Part shown: in pieces, positions 18,259 to 28,951 of the stretch
Layout: the number at the start of each line of letters is the position of its first letter
How positions within the stretch are numbered: position 1 is the stretch's first letter
Assembly (NCBI GenBank): GCA_045590555.1
Contig: JAZNRC010000023.1
Span: 2,915 to 66,914, forward strand
Direction of reading: 5' to 3'
DNA from: Lachnospiraceae bacterium
Lineage (GTDB): Bacteria; Bacillota; Clostridia; Lachnospirales; Lachnospiraceae
DNA: 64,000 nt
Position numbers and translations under genes: made by a program
The notes under the pieces: generated by a model
The model's input: the letters and a program-made list of their open reading frames with translations, nothing else
Databases searched by the model: none
Told to the model about the DNA's origin: nothing

Positions 18259-20391
18259 TTACCGTAAAATAACCCAAATCAAATAAATAATGGTCAATAC
18301 CAACCCCAGGCAGAACAGAATCAATCCGTAAGATAAACTTCTGGCAATAATCTGATTATTCTCTGCCTGCTCTTCCCAACGTACCGCAAAAATATGCTCG
18401 AAAGATTTACGGATGGGGTTCTTTTTGCAAACGGTCTTATTCAACACCCAAACTACTTTATCCACTATTACAGCCGCAATATGAGTAAGCGGATTACCTT
18501 CCGGAAGTTCATGTGGAAGCGGGCTGTCCTTATACACCGTTTTGCGAAGCCATACCACAGGAGCATCCACAATACGATCCAATACCCTGCATATAATTCC
18601 ACAGATAAACGGAATAAATTTAATAAAAACAGGTCTGTAAATACTATTTTCCAAATCCATCCACTTTGGCCAGAAATCACCATAGATGTCCTTGCCGCTT
18701 TCATCCTTCTTCATAAGACAGATTCGCACAAGCGCATAATACAGAATCACTCCGATGGCGATAGATATCAAAGAACCTTTCATATTGTGGAAAACAAAAT
18801 AATGCACGGAATGGTCAAGAAGACCTACGTTAAAAATATTCTGTCCGAAATCCATTACAAAATCTGCCGTCACATTGGGTATCATGCCGATTACCGGAAT
18901 TAGAACGGCACTGCCAAGCAAAGCAAATCCGCTTCCGAAATTCATATACTTCTTTTTTGCATCGAATTCCGCCTGCTTCTCTTCGTCCCCGTTTTTCTCT
19001 ATGAAAATGCAAATATACAATTTTAGCATATAAGCTAAAGTACAGCCTCCGGCTAACAAATAAAGCATTTCCACATAACCGGGAACCGAAGGAACCTCCA
19101 GCATTCCTTCATGAATCAAAGTTTTTCCGATATAGCCGTTAAAAAACGGAATACCTGAGATACCCAGTACACCCAGTAAAAACGCTATATTGAGCAAAGG
19201 TTTTTTACGACCGAAGCCTCGGATATCATTTAAATTCAGCTTATGAGTATTCATGTAAATCACACCTGCCGCCATAAAAAGTACCAGCTTTAAAATAGAG
19301 TGATTCACCATATAAATCAAAGTTCCTCTTGCCGCCAGCACATTTTCTCCGTGAGATATGGCAAGAATTGCCACGCCGGTTAAAATAAAACCAATCTGAG
19401 ATAGGGAGGAACAAGCCAGCACCCTTTTTAAATCCACGGAAAACAATGCCAACAGCGCTCCCAGAAGCATTGTTACCACTGCAATTGCCAGCAACATATA
19501 TCCAAACCATTCCGTATATCGGAAAACATGCACCGAAATCATAATAATACCAAAAATACCTGTTTTGGTAAGTACACCCGATAAAAGTGCCGATGCCGGT
19601 GCCGGTGCCACCGGATGTGCTTTGGGCAACCAAATGTGCACGGGAAAGGCACCTGCTTTTACCGCAAATCCGAATAAAATGCAGATTCCCGCAGCAATAA
19701 TCTGTCCGGGTAACTCAATAATATCACCCAGCATAATTCGCATCTGATAGATAATTTCGCTAAACATCAGGGTTCCCAGACTGTCCCACAGCATAAAAAT
19801 ACCCATCAGCATAACCATACCGCCGATTATGGAAATGCCCAAATAGGTTTCCGCTGCTTTTAAGGCTTCCGGCTTTTCCTCCTGCGCTACCCAAACGTAA
19901 GAAGTTAAGGACATAATCTCGAAGAAAATAAAAGTGGTAAAAAAGTCCGCCGAGAGGAAAACACCCATAGTCGCCCCCAGGGTTACCAGAAGAAAGGCAT
20001 AAAAGCGGTTACGGTTGCGATGCTTTGCAAAATATTCGGGACAAAGCAAGGTAACCATCATCCACATAAATGCCACAACCAAGGCGTATACACTGCGAAA
20101 ACCGTCTAAGGTAAAATGAATCCCCATGCCGCAAATGTCCGGAATTTCCAATCCAAACTTCATCAGGCTTCCCACAAGAACCGGAGATTGTGCGCCTACT
20201 GCCATTAACGTTTTGCCGGATTCGTTATATCCCAAAAGGACCGTAAATGCCACCAGCGCAAATTCACTTATGGTGATAAAATTTGCCGCCAAATTGCGGG
20301 CAGTCTTCCATCTAAGCCCGACAAGATAAGAAATCAGGGCTCCCAACATGGGATAAAAAATCATTATGGCAATTAAAATATCATATCTCAT
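18259..20391 (-). CDS. MrpD/NuoL-like proton-conducting antiporter subunit (4th, with C-terminal extension)
   Basis: FFEIMSLTS, KAGAFPVHIWLPKAHPVAPAPASALLSGVLTKTG, LKRVLACSS. Confidence 0.88.
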   Translation of the reverse strand: MRYDILIAIMIFYPMLGALISYLVGLRWKTARNLAANFITISEFALVAFTVLLGYNESGKTLMAVGAQSPVLVGSLMKFGLEIPDICGMGIHFTLDGFRSVYALVVAFMWMMVTLLCPEYFAKHRNRNRFYAFLLVTLGATMGVFLSADFFTTFIFFEIMSLTSYVWVAQEEKPEALKAAETYLGISIIGGMVMLMGIFMLWDSLGTLMFSEIIYQMRIMLGDIIELPGQIIAAGICILFGFAVKAGAFPVHIWLPKAHPVAPAPASALLSGVLTKTGIFGIIMISVHVFRYTEWFGYMLLAIAVVTMLLGALLALFSVDLKRVLACSSLSQIGFILTGVAILAISHGENVLAARGTLIYMVNHSILKLVLFMAAGVIYMNTHKLNLNDIRGFGRKKPLLNIAFLLGVLGISGIPFFNGYIGKTLIHEGMLEVPSVPGYVEMLYLLAGGCTLAYMLKLYICIFIEKNGDEEKQAEFDAKKKYMNFGSGFALLGSAVLIPVIGMIPNVTADFVMDFGQNIFNVGLLDHSVHYFVFHNMKGSLISIAIGVILYYALVRICLMKKDESGKDIYGDFWPKWMDLENSIYRPVFIKFIPFICGIICRVLDRIVDAPVVWLRKTVYKDSPLPHELPEGNPLTHIAAVIVDKVVWVLNKTVCKKNPIRKSFEHIFAVRWEEQAENNQIIARSLSYGLILFCLGLVLTIIYLIWVILR

Positions 20392-20461
20392 ACATAACTC
20401 CATTATAACGTTGTTTCTATCAAACCTTTATATTTTATACTTCACATATGACAAATTATTT

Positions 20462-21937
20462 TTATAAGAGCCCATTGGCAATTTGAGTAAAATAATCCAC
20501 AATGGGGCCGGAGTACAGTCCGAACAATACACATCCTGCTGCAAAGATATACAACGGAATCAACATTCTCCATCCCGGATCCTTAATATTCCCGAACTCT
20601 TTATCATCTTCTTCCGGAGTGAGGACAAATGCCCTTATCACAATTGTCATCATATAAATACCGGTTAAAAGTGCAGAAATCAGCAATGCGGCAATTCCCA
20701 CATAAGCCAATACATTTCCGCTGTCTACCGCTGCCTTGGTCAGGTTCCACTTACTTACAAAACCGCACAGTCCCGGAACACCCATAAGTGCCAGAGATGC
20801 CAAGGTAAACAAGGTAAAAATTTGAGGCATTTTTTTACCCAGACCGTTTAACTGATGCACAAAGGTTTTACCGCTCTGTACAATCACGGCACCGGCACAC
20901 AGGAAGGACAATATCTTCATAAAAGCATGGAATACCATATGACTCAAACCGCCTACCAAGCCCAAAGGTGACATTAAAACCACTCCAAAGAGGATATAGG
21001 ATAAGTTGCTGACGGTAGAATAGGCCAGACGTCTTTTAAAATGGGTTTCTTTTACCGCCATGGAACATCCGTAAACAATGGTAAATACCACAAGTCCCAT
21101 CACAACGTACTGCGCCCAGGTTCCTTTTAAGAAATCCGGACCAAACATATAGTAAGTCAAACGCATGGTTGCAAATGCACCTGCCTTTACTACCGCAACC
21201 GCATGAAGCAGAGCCGTTACCGGCGTAGGTGCCACACCCGCCTGCGGAAGCCATGAACTTAAGGGGAAGATGGCAGCTTTTACACCAAATCCCATAAATG
21301 CGAATACATACACCAGCAATAAAATATTTTCGCGACTGCCGATGGCAGCTAAATCCAGTACACCGCCATAGGTGAAATCAGGGGTTAAGCCGTAAGTAAT
21401 GACGAAAATCATTCCGATAAACGCAAATGCCGCACCACCGATGGAGTAATAAAGATATTTTCGACTGGCAAGAATGGCCTCTCTGGAACCGCTGTGCATA
21501 ACCAGCGGGAAGGTAACCAAAGTCAACATTTCATAAAATCCGTACATGGTTAACACATTGGCCGCCATGGAAATACCAAGAGTAACGCCGTATGTCATGG
21601 TATAAAACATGAAAAAGGATTTTTCTTTTCCTTCATGCTCCATATATTCAAAAGCATACAACGTGGCAAGAGGCCAAAGAAAAGCTATCATCGCCGTAAA
21701 TACGCTTCCCAGACCATCCAATTGGAAAGATATACTCAAATCACCAAAAAAGTGAATCAGATTCATAGTCTCGCCGGGAGGATTAAATAATATAAAAAAT
21801 ACCAAAATACTGGTAAGTACCACAACCGACTCTACATAAATATGCATGCTTCGTTTCTTTTGAAAAGGAAGAACCGGCACCAAAGCACCGCCAAGTACCG
21901 GAAGTGCAATTGCAATTGGCAAAATATATGATGGCAT
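20462..21937 (-). CDS. MrpD/NuoN-like antiporter subunit (3rd)
   Basis: FYEMLTL, KAAIFPLSSWLP..APTPVTALLHAVAVVKAG, KRRLAYST. Confidence 0.88.
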   Translation of the reverse strand: MPSYILPIAIALPVLGGALVPVLPFQKKRSMHIYVESVVVLTSILVFFILFNPPGETMNLIHFFGDLSISFQLDGLGSVFTAMIAFLWPLATLYAFEYMEHEGKEKSFFMFYTMTYGVTLGISMAANVLTMYGFYEMLTLVTFPLVMHSGSREAILASRKYLYYSIGGAAFAFIGMIFVITYGLTPDFTYGGVLDLAAIGSRENILLLVYVFAFMGFGVKAAIFPLSSWLPQAGVAPTPVTALLHAVAVVKAGAFATMRLTYYMFGPDFLKGTWAQYVVMGLVVFTIVYGCSMAVKETHFKRRLAYSTVSNLSYILFGVVLMSPLGLVGGLSHMVFHAFMKILSFLCAGAVIVQSGKTFVHQLNGLGKKMPQIFTLFTLASLALMGVPGLCGFVSKWNLTKAAVDSGNVLAYVGIAALLISALLTGIYMMTIVIRAFVLTPEEDDKEFGNIKDPGWRMLIPLYIFAAGCVLFGLYSGPIVDYFTQIANGLL

Positions 21938-21952
21938 GATTTCTCTCCCTTC

Positions 21953-23449
21953 CTAGAATACTTTTGTCGGAATCCAAAGAATGTAATCTGCAATCACTTC
22001 AGAGAACACACCTCCGACAAAGCTTAAGACAACAAGTATGATAATAGGTATCCACATCCACGGGGATGCTTCTTTTCTCGGGTTACTTTCATAATCAAAG
22101 TCCTTCCCCGGGAAAAATCCCTTCATGGGAATCGGTAATAAATACCCTGCCGTCAATAATGCACTGGCAAGTAAAATTGCCGGAATCAGATAACGGAACA
22201 CCCCAACTTTAGCTGCCAGAGCACCGGTAGCAAGGTACCACTTGCTGACAAATCCGCCGGTGGGCGGAATACCGATTAGTCCAAGAGACGCAATGGTAAA
22301 TCCCCAGGTGGTAAGAGGCATTTTTTTACCGATACCCGTTAATTCATCTACGCGTTCCTTCCCGGTTTCATGAATAAAAGCACCCGCGCACAGGAACAGC
22401 GCCGTTTTAATTAATGCATGGAATACCACATGTAAAACCGAGCCGGTAAGCGCTGTAGGCTCTAACACCGCCAAGCCCAGTAAAATGTAGGAAATCTGGC
22501 TCACCGTAGAATAAGCAAGACGCTTTTTTAACACTTTCTCCCGATACGCCAGCAAAGAGCCCATAAAAACAGTAATCAGGGCCAGAATCATCCATACGGT
22601 CTGCACCCAGGTTCCTCTTAAAAAGTCCGGTCCCACGATATAATACACCACTCGGATTAGTGCAAGAACACCAGCCTTTACAATCACACCGGATAATACC
22701 GCCGAGGCCGGAGCCGGGGCTACGGGATGTGCCGTAGGAAGCCACGCATGCATAGGGAACATACCGGCTTTTACACCAAAACCGATGATTGCCACCATAA
22801 CCGCTACCAAAATCAAAGTAGGATGCTCAGAAACTTTTGCCATATCCAAGGCACCACCGGGCGTAAATGCCAGCGTGGTGGTATTCTGATACAGGAAGTA
22901 AATGGCAAACAGTCCCATATAGGCACCTGCCAAAGAATAAAAGATATATTTTAAGCCTGCCATAATGGCTTCTTTGGTTTTCGTTTGCATAACCAGGGGA
23001 AAAGATAACAGCGTCACCATTTCAAAAAATAAGTACATGGTAACCAGATTCCCTGCAAAGTCCAACCCCTGCAATACACCGTAAGTCATAAGGAAAAAGC
23101 CGTAATAATTCTTTTCACCCTTCATATAACGGAAAGAAAACAAACCCGCACATACGAAAGCAATCATTGCTACCCAAGCAAACACCACGCCGACCTGATC
23201 CACACAAAACATCACCGGGATACCGTCAAGCAAGGTAAATAACTCCACCGGTTTCTTTGCAATGCCTCTGACAAGCACGTAAGCGCTGCTTCCTACCGAT
23301 AAAAACATCAGAACGCTGAACAAAATATGCATTTTTATAAAAGGTCTTCTTGCCTCTTCTTTTGCTGTCAATGCCTTTTTCGGCATCAACAATATCAGCA
23401 GACCTCCCAAAACAGGTATCAGAATCGGTAACAATACAAGATAATTCAT
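21953..23449 (-). CDS. MrpD-like antiporter subunit (2nd)
   Basis: FFEMVTL, KAGMFPMHAWLPTAHPVAPAPASAVLSG, KKRLAYST. Confidence 0.88.
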   Translation of the reverse strand: MNYLVLLPILIPVLGGLLILLMPKKALTAKEEARRPFIKMHILFSVLMFLSVGSSAYVLVRGIAKKPVELFTLLDGIPVMFCVDQVGVVFAWVAMIAFVCAGLFSFRYMKGEKNYYGFFLMTYGVLQGLDFAGNLVTMYLFFEMVTLLSFPLVMQTKTKEAIMAGLKYIFYSLAGAYMGLFAIYFLYQNTTTLAFTPGGALDMAKVSEHPTLILVAVMVAIIGFGVKAGMFPMHAWLPTAHPVAPAPASAVLSGVIVKAGVLALIRVVYYIVGPDFLRGTWVQTVWMILALITVFMGSLLAYREKVLKKRLAYSTVSQISYILLGLAVLEPTALTGSVLHVVFHALIKTALFLCAGAFIHETGKERVDELTGIGKKMPLTTWGFTIASLGLIGIPPTGGFVSKWYLATGALAAKVGVFRYLIPAILLASALLTAGYLLPIPMKGFFPGKDFDYESNPRKEASPWMWIPIIILVVLSFVGGVFSEVIADYILWIPTKVF

Positions 23450-23526
23450 CTTTGCACTCCATTCTTATATATTTTCTGCATAGCAGAATATATGGCTCGC
23501 AGAAATTTTACTTTACACAACATCAT

Positions 23527-25017
23527 TTAGCGGAACATATTTAAACCGCTTTCGATAAGACTTACAATGGTTGTAGACCACATTCCCAACACGACGTTTA
23601 ATACAATAAAACACACAATGGATACCACATAAACCGGATTTTTAATTTTTAGGGAAATCGGCGGCTGGTTCTCTACCGGTGAATACAAACGAATAATGGT
23701 CTTCATAAAATAAATCGCATTTAATATGGTACTTACGGCCAATGCAATTAAAGTAATCAGCATCTTGGTATCCGCAAGGATAGCTGCCTGGCTGAATAAA
23801 AGCTTGCTTACAAAGCCCGAAAAAGTAGGGATACCTACCATGGACAGGCCGCCTACCGTAAAACCGATACCTGCAATCACGTTTCTTCTTCCGGCACCGG
23901 TTAAATCAATAAATGCCTTGCTTCCTCCGGAAGTGTCCCTTAGACCCATGGATGCAATAAACAACAATGCCTTCGTTGCTGCATGGGAAAAAATATGGAA
24001 TACGGAAGCTACCATACCGGCTTCACTTCCCAGTCCGAATCCCACGTAAATATAACCAATCTGCGCAACAGAAGAAAAAGCAATCATACGCATAATATCG
24101 TTTTCCCGAATGGCATCCAGGGAACCTACAATCATACCCAGTACACCAAATACAAATAAAATATTAATAATTTTACTATCTACGAAAACATCAAAACCAA
24201 TTACGCGGTAAATGATTTTTATAACCAAAAAAATATAACCTTTTGACACCAAACTGGACAACATTGCCGCAGAGGAAATCGTAGAATAACCATAGGCATC
24301 CGGCAACCATGAGTGGAACGGATACAACGCGCTCTTAATGGCAAGACCCACACAAAGCAGGGCAATCGCCATTACAAGAGGAATCTGATACTCTCCTGTT
24401 GCCGTCAGTCCTTTTACCGCTTCCTGAATATTACTCATCAGCAAATGACCGGTTAAATCATACAAAATACAAATACCGATTAAAAACAAGCCGGAACCCA
24501 AAAGGCTCATAATCATATAACGAATTGCCGCTTCGATGGTACGACCGTTTTGAATTACCATAATCAGCCCGCAGGCCGCAATGGTATTGATTTCCACAAA
24601 AACATATGCCGTAAACAAGTCGTTGGTATAAACCATGGCAAGAAGGGAACTCAGCAAAAGATTTGTCATAATAAAATACAAATTATGTCTGCTTTCTTCT
24701 ACATCTTCATAAAAATGCTTGCGACCGCCCAATAAAGACAAAATCATGATAATGCAGAAAAAGGTTGCCATTAAAGCTTCAAGAATCCCTGCACGAATTT
24801 CATTACCCCAGGGCGCGGGAAACTTACCCATGGTATAGACAAAAAAGTCGCCGTTTGAAATGGTATAGCCCAGCACGCATACCGACAACCCCATGACAAT
24901 GAACAAAATAACCATATTCAGGCGCTTTGCCCACTTACCTTTTAAAGCAGAAGATATAATTGCCGCCATCATGGACAATACGATGGAGAAGGCCGGGAAA
25001 TTACATACAAAATCCAT
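23527..25017 (-). CDS. mnhD: MrpD/MnhD antiporter subunit (1st)
   Basis: DLFTAYVFVEI, KSALYPFHSWLPDAY, MIAFSSVAQIGYI. Confidence 0.88.
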   Translation of the reverse strand: MDFVCNFPAFSIVLSMMAAIISSALKGKWAKRLNMVILFIVMGLSVCVLGYTISNGDFFVYTMGKFPAPWGNEIRAGILEALMATFFCIIMILSLLGGRKHFYEDVEESRHNLYFIMTNLLLSSLLAMVYTNDLFTAYVFVEINTIAACGLIMVIQNGRTIEAAIRYMIMSLLGSGLFLIGICILYDLTGHLLMSNIQEAVKGLTATGEYQIPLVMAIALLCVGLAIKSALYPFHSWLPDAYGYSTISSAAMLSSLVSKGYIFLVIKIIYRVIGFDVFVDSKIINILFVFGVLGMIVGSLDAIRENDIMRMIAFSSVAQIGYIYVGFGLGSEAGMVASVFHIFSHAATKALLFIASMGLRDTSGGSKAFIDLTGAGRRNVIAGIGFTVGGLSMVGIPTFSGFVSKLLFSQAAILADTKMLITLIALAVSTILNAIYFMKTIIRLYSPVENQPPISLKIKNPVYVVSIVCFIVLNVVLGMWSTTIVSLIESGLNMFR

Positions 25018-25019
25018 TT

Positions 25020-25394
25020 TTATAAGCCCTCCTTACGCAGCTGTGTGGATACCTCATCCAAATCCAAAGTGTGATATCTCTGATACATACGAATCGTCAA
25101 AGATAACATCAAAGCCGTTACCGATACGGATACTACGATACCCGTAAGAACCAAACCGCTGGGAATCGGGTTAATATAATTTTCCGCATCCGTTACACCA
25201 TTGGCAATAATAGGCGCCAGTCTTCCCTCGATATAACCTTTTTGCGCCAGAAAAAGATAAATCGCCGTATCCATGATGTTAAGACCGAGAATCTTTTTTA
25301 TCATATTTTTCTGAAGGAGAAGGTTTGTAAAACCGATGCCGAAGATAATCATGGCAATTACTTCCCCGTAATTTGCAACTAAATTAGGTCCCAT
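25020..25394 (-). CDS. mnhC: MrpC/MnhC subunit
   Basis: NMIKKILGLNI, NPIPSGLVLTGIVV motif. Confidence 0.9.
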   Translation of the reverse strand: MGPNLVANYGEVIAMIIFGIGFTNLLLQKNMIKKILGLNIMDTAIYLFLAQKGYIEGRLAPIIANGVTDAENYINPIPSGLVLTGIVVSVSVTALMLSLTIRMYQRYHTLDLDEVSTQLRKEGL

Positions 25395-25396
25395 TT

Positions 25397-26347
25397 TTAT
25401 AATCCTCCTCTCTTGAATAATGCATAGAAGGAATACACCGTACAGGCAACCTCCGAACCGACAAATAAGTTAATGTAAAAGATCATACCCGCACTGATAA
25501 TATTGCCGGGGGTTCCTAACGGGAAGATATTGGGAATGCCGTTGGCACCCGTATAAAAGTAGTACGTCATAACACAGCCGTAGAGAATCAGGGCTGTAAT
25601 CTTAATACACTTATATACCTTCTCATTAAAAAACTTACGGATTTTTTCTGCACCAAAAGCACCGCTGTAAAGAATTAAGCCGGAACCGATAATGGCACCG
25701 CCGGAAAATCCTCCACCGGGAGATAAATGACCGTTTACAATAACATAAAATCCAAAAATCATGAGCACCGGAACAATAATTCTTGCCACATACTGCAGAA
25801 TTTTATCGTCCTTGGGTTCTAAGTTTTTGGGAAGGTTTTTTAACTTCTCTTCACTAACCATAAGCAGAATCATAACACAGCTGGAGGCAATGAAAAGCAC
25901 ACAGGTTTCACCAAAGGTATCAAAACCTCTGTAATTAAGAATCATACCGGTTACCGTATTGATAACACCGGTTTCTGCCGTGCCCTGTTCAACGTAGCGT
26001 TCCGCCACTTCATTTACCGTAGGGTTATTCGGATTTCCGGCTTCAGGCAAATAAGAAGCGCAAATCACCAAGGCAATCATAATCACAGCACACAAAACAA
26101 CGGCGCTGATACGATAAACTACCTGAAAGAACTTAATTTCCTTGTTATGATCAATGTCATATATTTTATCATGAAGCTTAATATGATCGATTTCTCGTTT
26201 TTTTACCGCAATGGGCAGCTCATGAAACTCCTCCTGTACCTGCATTTCCATGTTGCCGATATAAGGATCTTTTTCACCGGATAACCACTGCCAAAAACGG
26301 AAGGAACCTGTCTTTTCATATTCATTTTGTGAACGTAATTTACTCAT
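25397..26347 (-). CDS. mnhB: MrpB/MnhB subunit (MbhE-like + MnhB domains, long N-terminal extension)
   Basis: NTVTGMILNYRGFDTFGE and GHLSPGGGFSGG motifs; AGGAGG RBS before ATG 26347. Confidence 0.88.
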   Translation of the reverse strand: MSKLRSQNEYEKTGSFRFWQWLSGEKDPYIGNMEMQVQEEFHELPIAVKKREIDHIKLHDKIYDIDHNKEIKFFQVVYRISAVVLCAVIMIALVICASYLPEAGNPNNPTVNEVAERYVEQGTAETGVINTVTGMILNYRGFDTFGETCVLFIASSCVMILLMVSEEKLKNLPKNLEPKDDKILQYVARIIVPVLMIFGFYVIVNGHLSPGGGFSGGAIIGSGLILYSGAFGAEKIRKFFNEKVYKCIKITALILYGCVMTYYFYTGANGIPNIFPLGTPGNIISAGMIFYINLFVGSEVACTVYSFYALFKRGGL

Positions 26348-26654
26348 GGTGAGACTCCTCCTTTCCGGAGGTATTCTCCACACCGGTAGGCGAAGGCCCT
26401 TTCTTAGCCACCATTTCATCAATGGTTTTAATTTTCTTCAAAGTTACAAAGAACAATACACTGGTAATTCCGGCACCTACCGCAGCTTCCGTAATGGCAA
26501 GATCGGGAGACTCCAAAAGAATCCAAATAATTGCCATAACCGTACTGTAGGACATAAAAATAATCACGGAATTCAGCAAGTTCTTTGAAAAACTAACAGA
26601 AATCGCACAAATTACCAGAAAGATTAACAAAAGGAAAATAATAATATCATTCAT
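26340..26654 (-). CDS. DUF4040 / MbhD-like (MrpA C-terminal-derived) subunit
   Basis: LESPDLAITEAAVGAG motif. Confidence 0.85.
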   Translation of the reverse strand: MNDIIIFLLLIFLVICAISVSFSKNLLNSVIIFMSYSTVMAIIWILLESPDLAITEAAVGAGITSVLFFVTLKKIKTIDEMVAKKGPSPTGVENTSGKEESHHE

Positions 26655-27015
26655 TTTCATTCCCCTTTCTTTCCTCAGTCAAAGAGGCAATGTCATCAAT
26701 TTTTTCATATTCCATGGAATCCGGGCTCGTGGTAACCTCCAATTTGGCAATCAAATGAGAGGCAACCGGAGAAGCCAGCCATAAGAATACAATAATACAC
26801 AATAATTTTACGGTGGTAAAATTCAAACCGTTCATCAGCATAAGTCCTGCTATACATGCAGAAAGTCCCAAGGTATCTCCCATGGCTGCCGCATGCATTC
26901 GGTTTAATACATATTTAAAACGGAAAACACCGCTGATTTCAACAAAAAAGATAACCAAACCCAACGTAATCAATGCTGCACCACCGACAAATCGAATCCA
27001 TTCCCAAACAGCCAT
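26647..27015 (-). CDS. mnhG: MrpG/MnhG subunit
   Basis: RFKYVLNRMHAAAMGDTLG, SPVASHLIA. Confidence 0.9.
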   Translation of the reverse strand: MAVWEWIRFVGGAALITLGLVIFFVEISGVFRFKYVLNRMHAAAMGDTLGLSACIAGLMLMNGLNFTTVKLLCIIVFLWLASPVASHLIAKLEVTTSPDSMEYEKIDDIASLTEERKGNENE

Positions 27016-27365
27016 TATTCGTCCTCCTCTTCCACACCTTCCAGTTCTTCGGCGGATAACTCGTCTCTATGCGCCTTTTTATAAACGCCGGTGTAAATTT
27101 TGGTTAAAACAATTACCGCCAGAAAGCTTACCATGGCATAAATTAAACAGATATCCACCAGATAACCTTCAATCATAACGGAAAGAATCGCAATAATAAC
27201 AATAATAATGGTTCCAATCATATTTACCGCAACAACACGGTCTGCAAGTCTCGGTCCTGCTACCGCACGGATAAAACAAAGAATGGCCATAATCGCCAGA
27301 ATTACAATCACGATATAAAAGAAAATACCATAAGCACCTTCCAGTGCCGAAATTCCACTATGCAT
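27015..27365 (-). CDS. mnhF: MrpF/MnhF subunit
   Basis: RAVAGPRLADRVVAVN, DICLIYAMVSF. Confidence 0.9.
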   Translation of the reverse strand: MHSGISALEGAYGIFFYIVIVILAIMAILCFIRAVAGPRLADRVVAVNMIGTIIIVIIAILSVMIEGYLVDICLIYAMVSFLAVIVLTKIYTGVYKKAHRDELSAEELEGVEEEDE

Positions 27366-27831
27366 GGTCCACCCCTTTCTCCAGCTTCTTCAGAAGATGA
27401 ACAAAAACTGAGTCGTCCATACCCACAGCCAACTCCTTATCCAGACAATGTACCACAAAATCACCATTGTCCATGGAAACCGTAATGGTACCCGGTGTCA
27501 ATGTAATGGAATTGGCCAAAAGGAAGTTCGCAAAGCCGGTTTTTAAGGGTGACTTAAAAGAAACCAGCGCCGGCTCTATCTGATATTTTACGGAAAAAAT
27601 CATTTTTACTACCGCAAAATTTGCCTTCAGGATTTCCACCACCAAAACAATCACATACCACAATAAAAGAAAGAAATTCTTAAAAAGCCAGATTTCCTTC
27701 CTGATACTGTAGTCCATAAATTTACATATAAAAGCAAACATCAGGGTTGCCACGGCCACGCCAAAAAGTACCACTTCCAAGGTGATACGGCCATTTAAAA
27801 TAACCCAGATTGCAAAAAACAAAAGATACAT
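27358..27831 (-). CDS. mnhE: MrpE/MnhE subunit
   Basis: LANSITLTPGTITV, VVHCLD motifs; AGGAGG RBS. Confidence 0.92.
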   Translation of the reverse strand: MYLLFFAIWVILNGRITLEVVLFGVAVATLMFAFICKFMDYSIRKEIWLFKNFFLLLWYVIVLVVEILKANFAVVKMIFSVKYQIEPALVSFKSPLKTGFANFLLANSITLTPGTITVSMDNGDFVVHCLDKELAVGMDDSVFVHLLKKLEKGVDHA

Positions 27832-27878
27832 AAATGCCTCCTGTTATTTTTAGTGAAGAGTATTCTGTCAATGAACAG

Positions 27879-28517
27879 TTATCTTTTTATGATATATTTA
27901 CAGATAGGGTTCCCCATAGAGGAGAATTTCTCCTCATATTCCGTCATAATATTGCCTTCCACCATTTCCGGGTCAGCATGCAAATCATAAGAAAGTTTCA
28001 CGATTTCCCAGCCGGCCTCCGGTACTTCTTCCACTGCAAAATCAAACAATGCACGGTTGTCGGTTTTAAATTCAATAATACCGTCAAGCTTAAGACATTC
28101 ATTGTAGCGGGCAAGAAATTCACGGCTCTCAAGACGGCGTTTGGCGTGTCGGTCCTTGGGCCAGGGATCTGAGAAATTTAAGTAAATACGATCTACCTCT
28201 CCCTTATCAAAGACTTCATTAATATCCTCCGCATCCATGCGAATAAAAACGAGGTTAGGAAGTTCCTCTGCTTCCATTTTCTGAATTGCCCGAAGGAGCA
28301 CCGTGGAATACTTCTCAATTCCCACAAAATTAATTTCCGGATTTTCTTTGGCAAGCTGCATAATAAACTTACCCTTTCCCATACCGATTTCAATGCGGAT
28401 GGGATTATTGTTGCCAAAAACTTCATTCCATTTTCCCTTACGTTCTTCCGGGTCGTGAATTACAAATCTGCTGTCCGCAATATATTCTCTGGAACCTGTT
28501 ACATTTCTAAGTCGCAT
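27879..28517 (-). CDS. trmB: tRNA (guanine-N7)-methyltransferase
   Basis: IEIGMGKG, GIEK, DAED, NFSDPWPKDRHAKRRL, KTD, TEYEEKF. Confidence 0.96.
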   Translation of the reverse strand: MRLRNVTGSREYIADSRFVIHDPEERKGKWNEVFGNNNPIRIEIGMGKGKFIMQLAKENPEINFVGIEKYSTVLLRAIQKMEAEELPNLVFIRMDAEDINEVFDKGEVDRIYLNFSDPWPKDRHAKRRLESREFLARYNECLKLDGIIEFKTDNRALFDFAVEEVPEAGWEIVKLSYDLHADPEMVEGNIMTEYEEKFSSMGNPICKYIIKR

Positions 28518-28951
28518 ATTCTTTCTCCTATGCTCTCTGATTTATAATAAGCAAACCATATCGGATTGCTCCTCTGTGTTTTTACCATACTTTAAATGTC
28601 TTATAAACACACCAAAAACGCATTGCCCATTCTTTCAGGCACAATGCTTCCGATATTTACCCTTTTTACACGGTTCATTACAAACCGCGTTTATTTTACA
28701 CCTTTTTAGCCTAAAAGCAAAGGGGATTTGTGAAAAAGATGTGAAATTTGCCGTTTCTTAGGAGATTCATAAGGACGAAAGAGTGATTGGTTTTTCTTTT
28801 TCGCCTGAAAATAAAATTATGTTTTTACGTATTTTCTCTTTGGTTTTGCAGTAAAATGGTGTATGATAATAACTGTGTAAAAACAGAGGATAAACAAAAT
28901 ATGCACGCCGATTAGATTAGCTACAGAACATTTTTAAACGAGGATTCTTTC

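Noticed and set aside
28570-28890. Loose inverted match TCCTCTGTGTTTTTAC / GTAAAAACAGAGGA bracketing the trmB-dac intergenic region, plus internal hairpins
   Set aside because: Requires a 2-nt gap in AT-rich sequence; no recognisable riboswitch; the 61-aa ORF 28576-28761 lacks an RBS.
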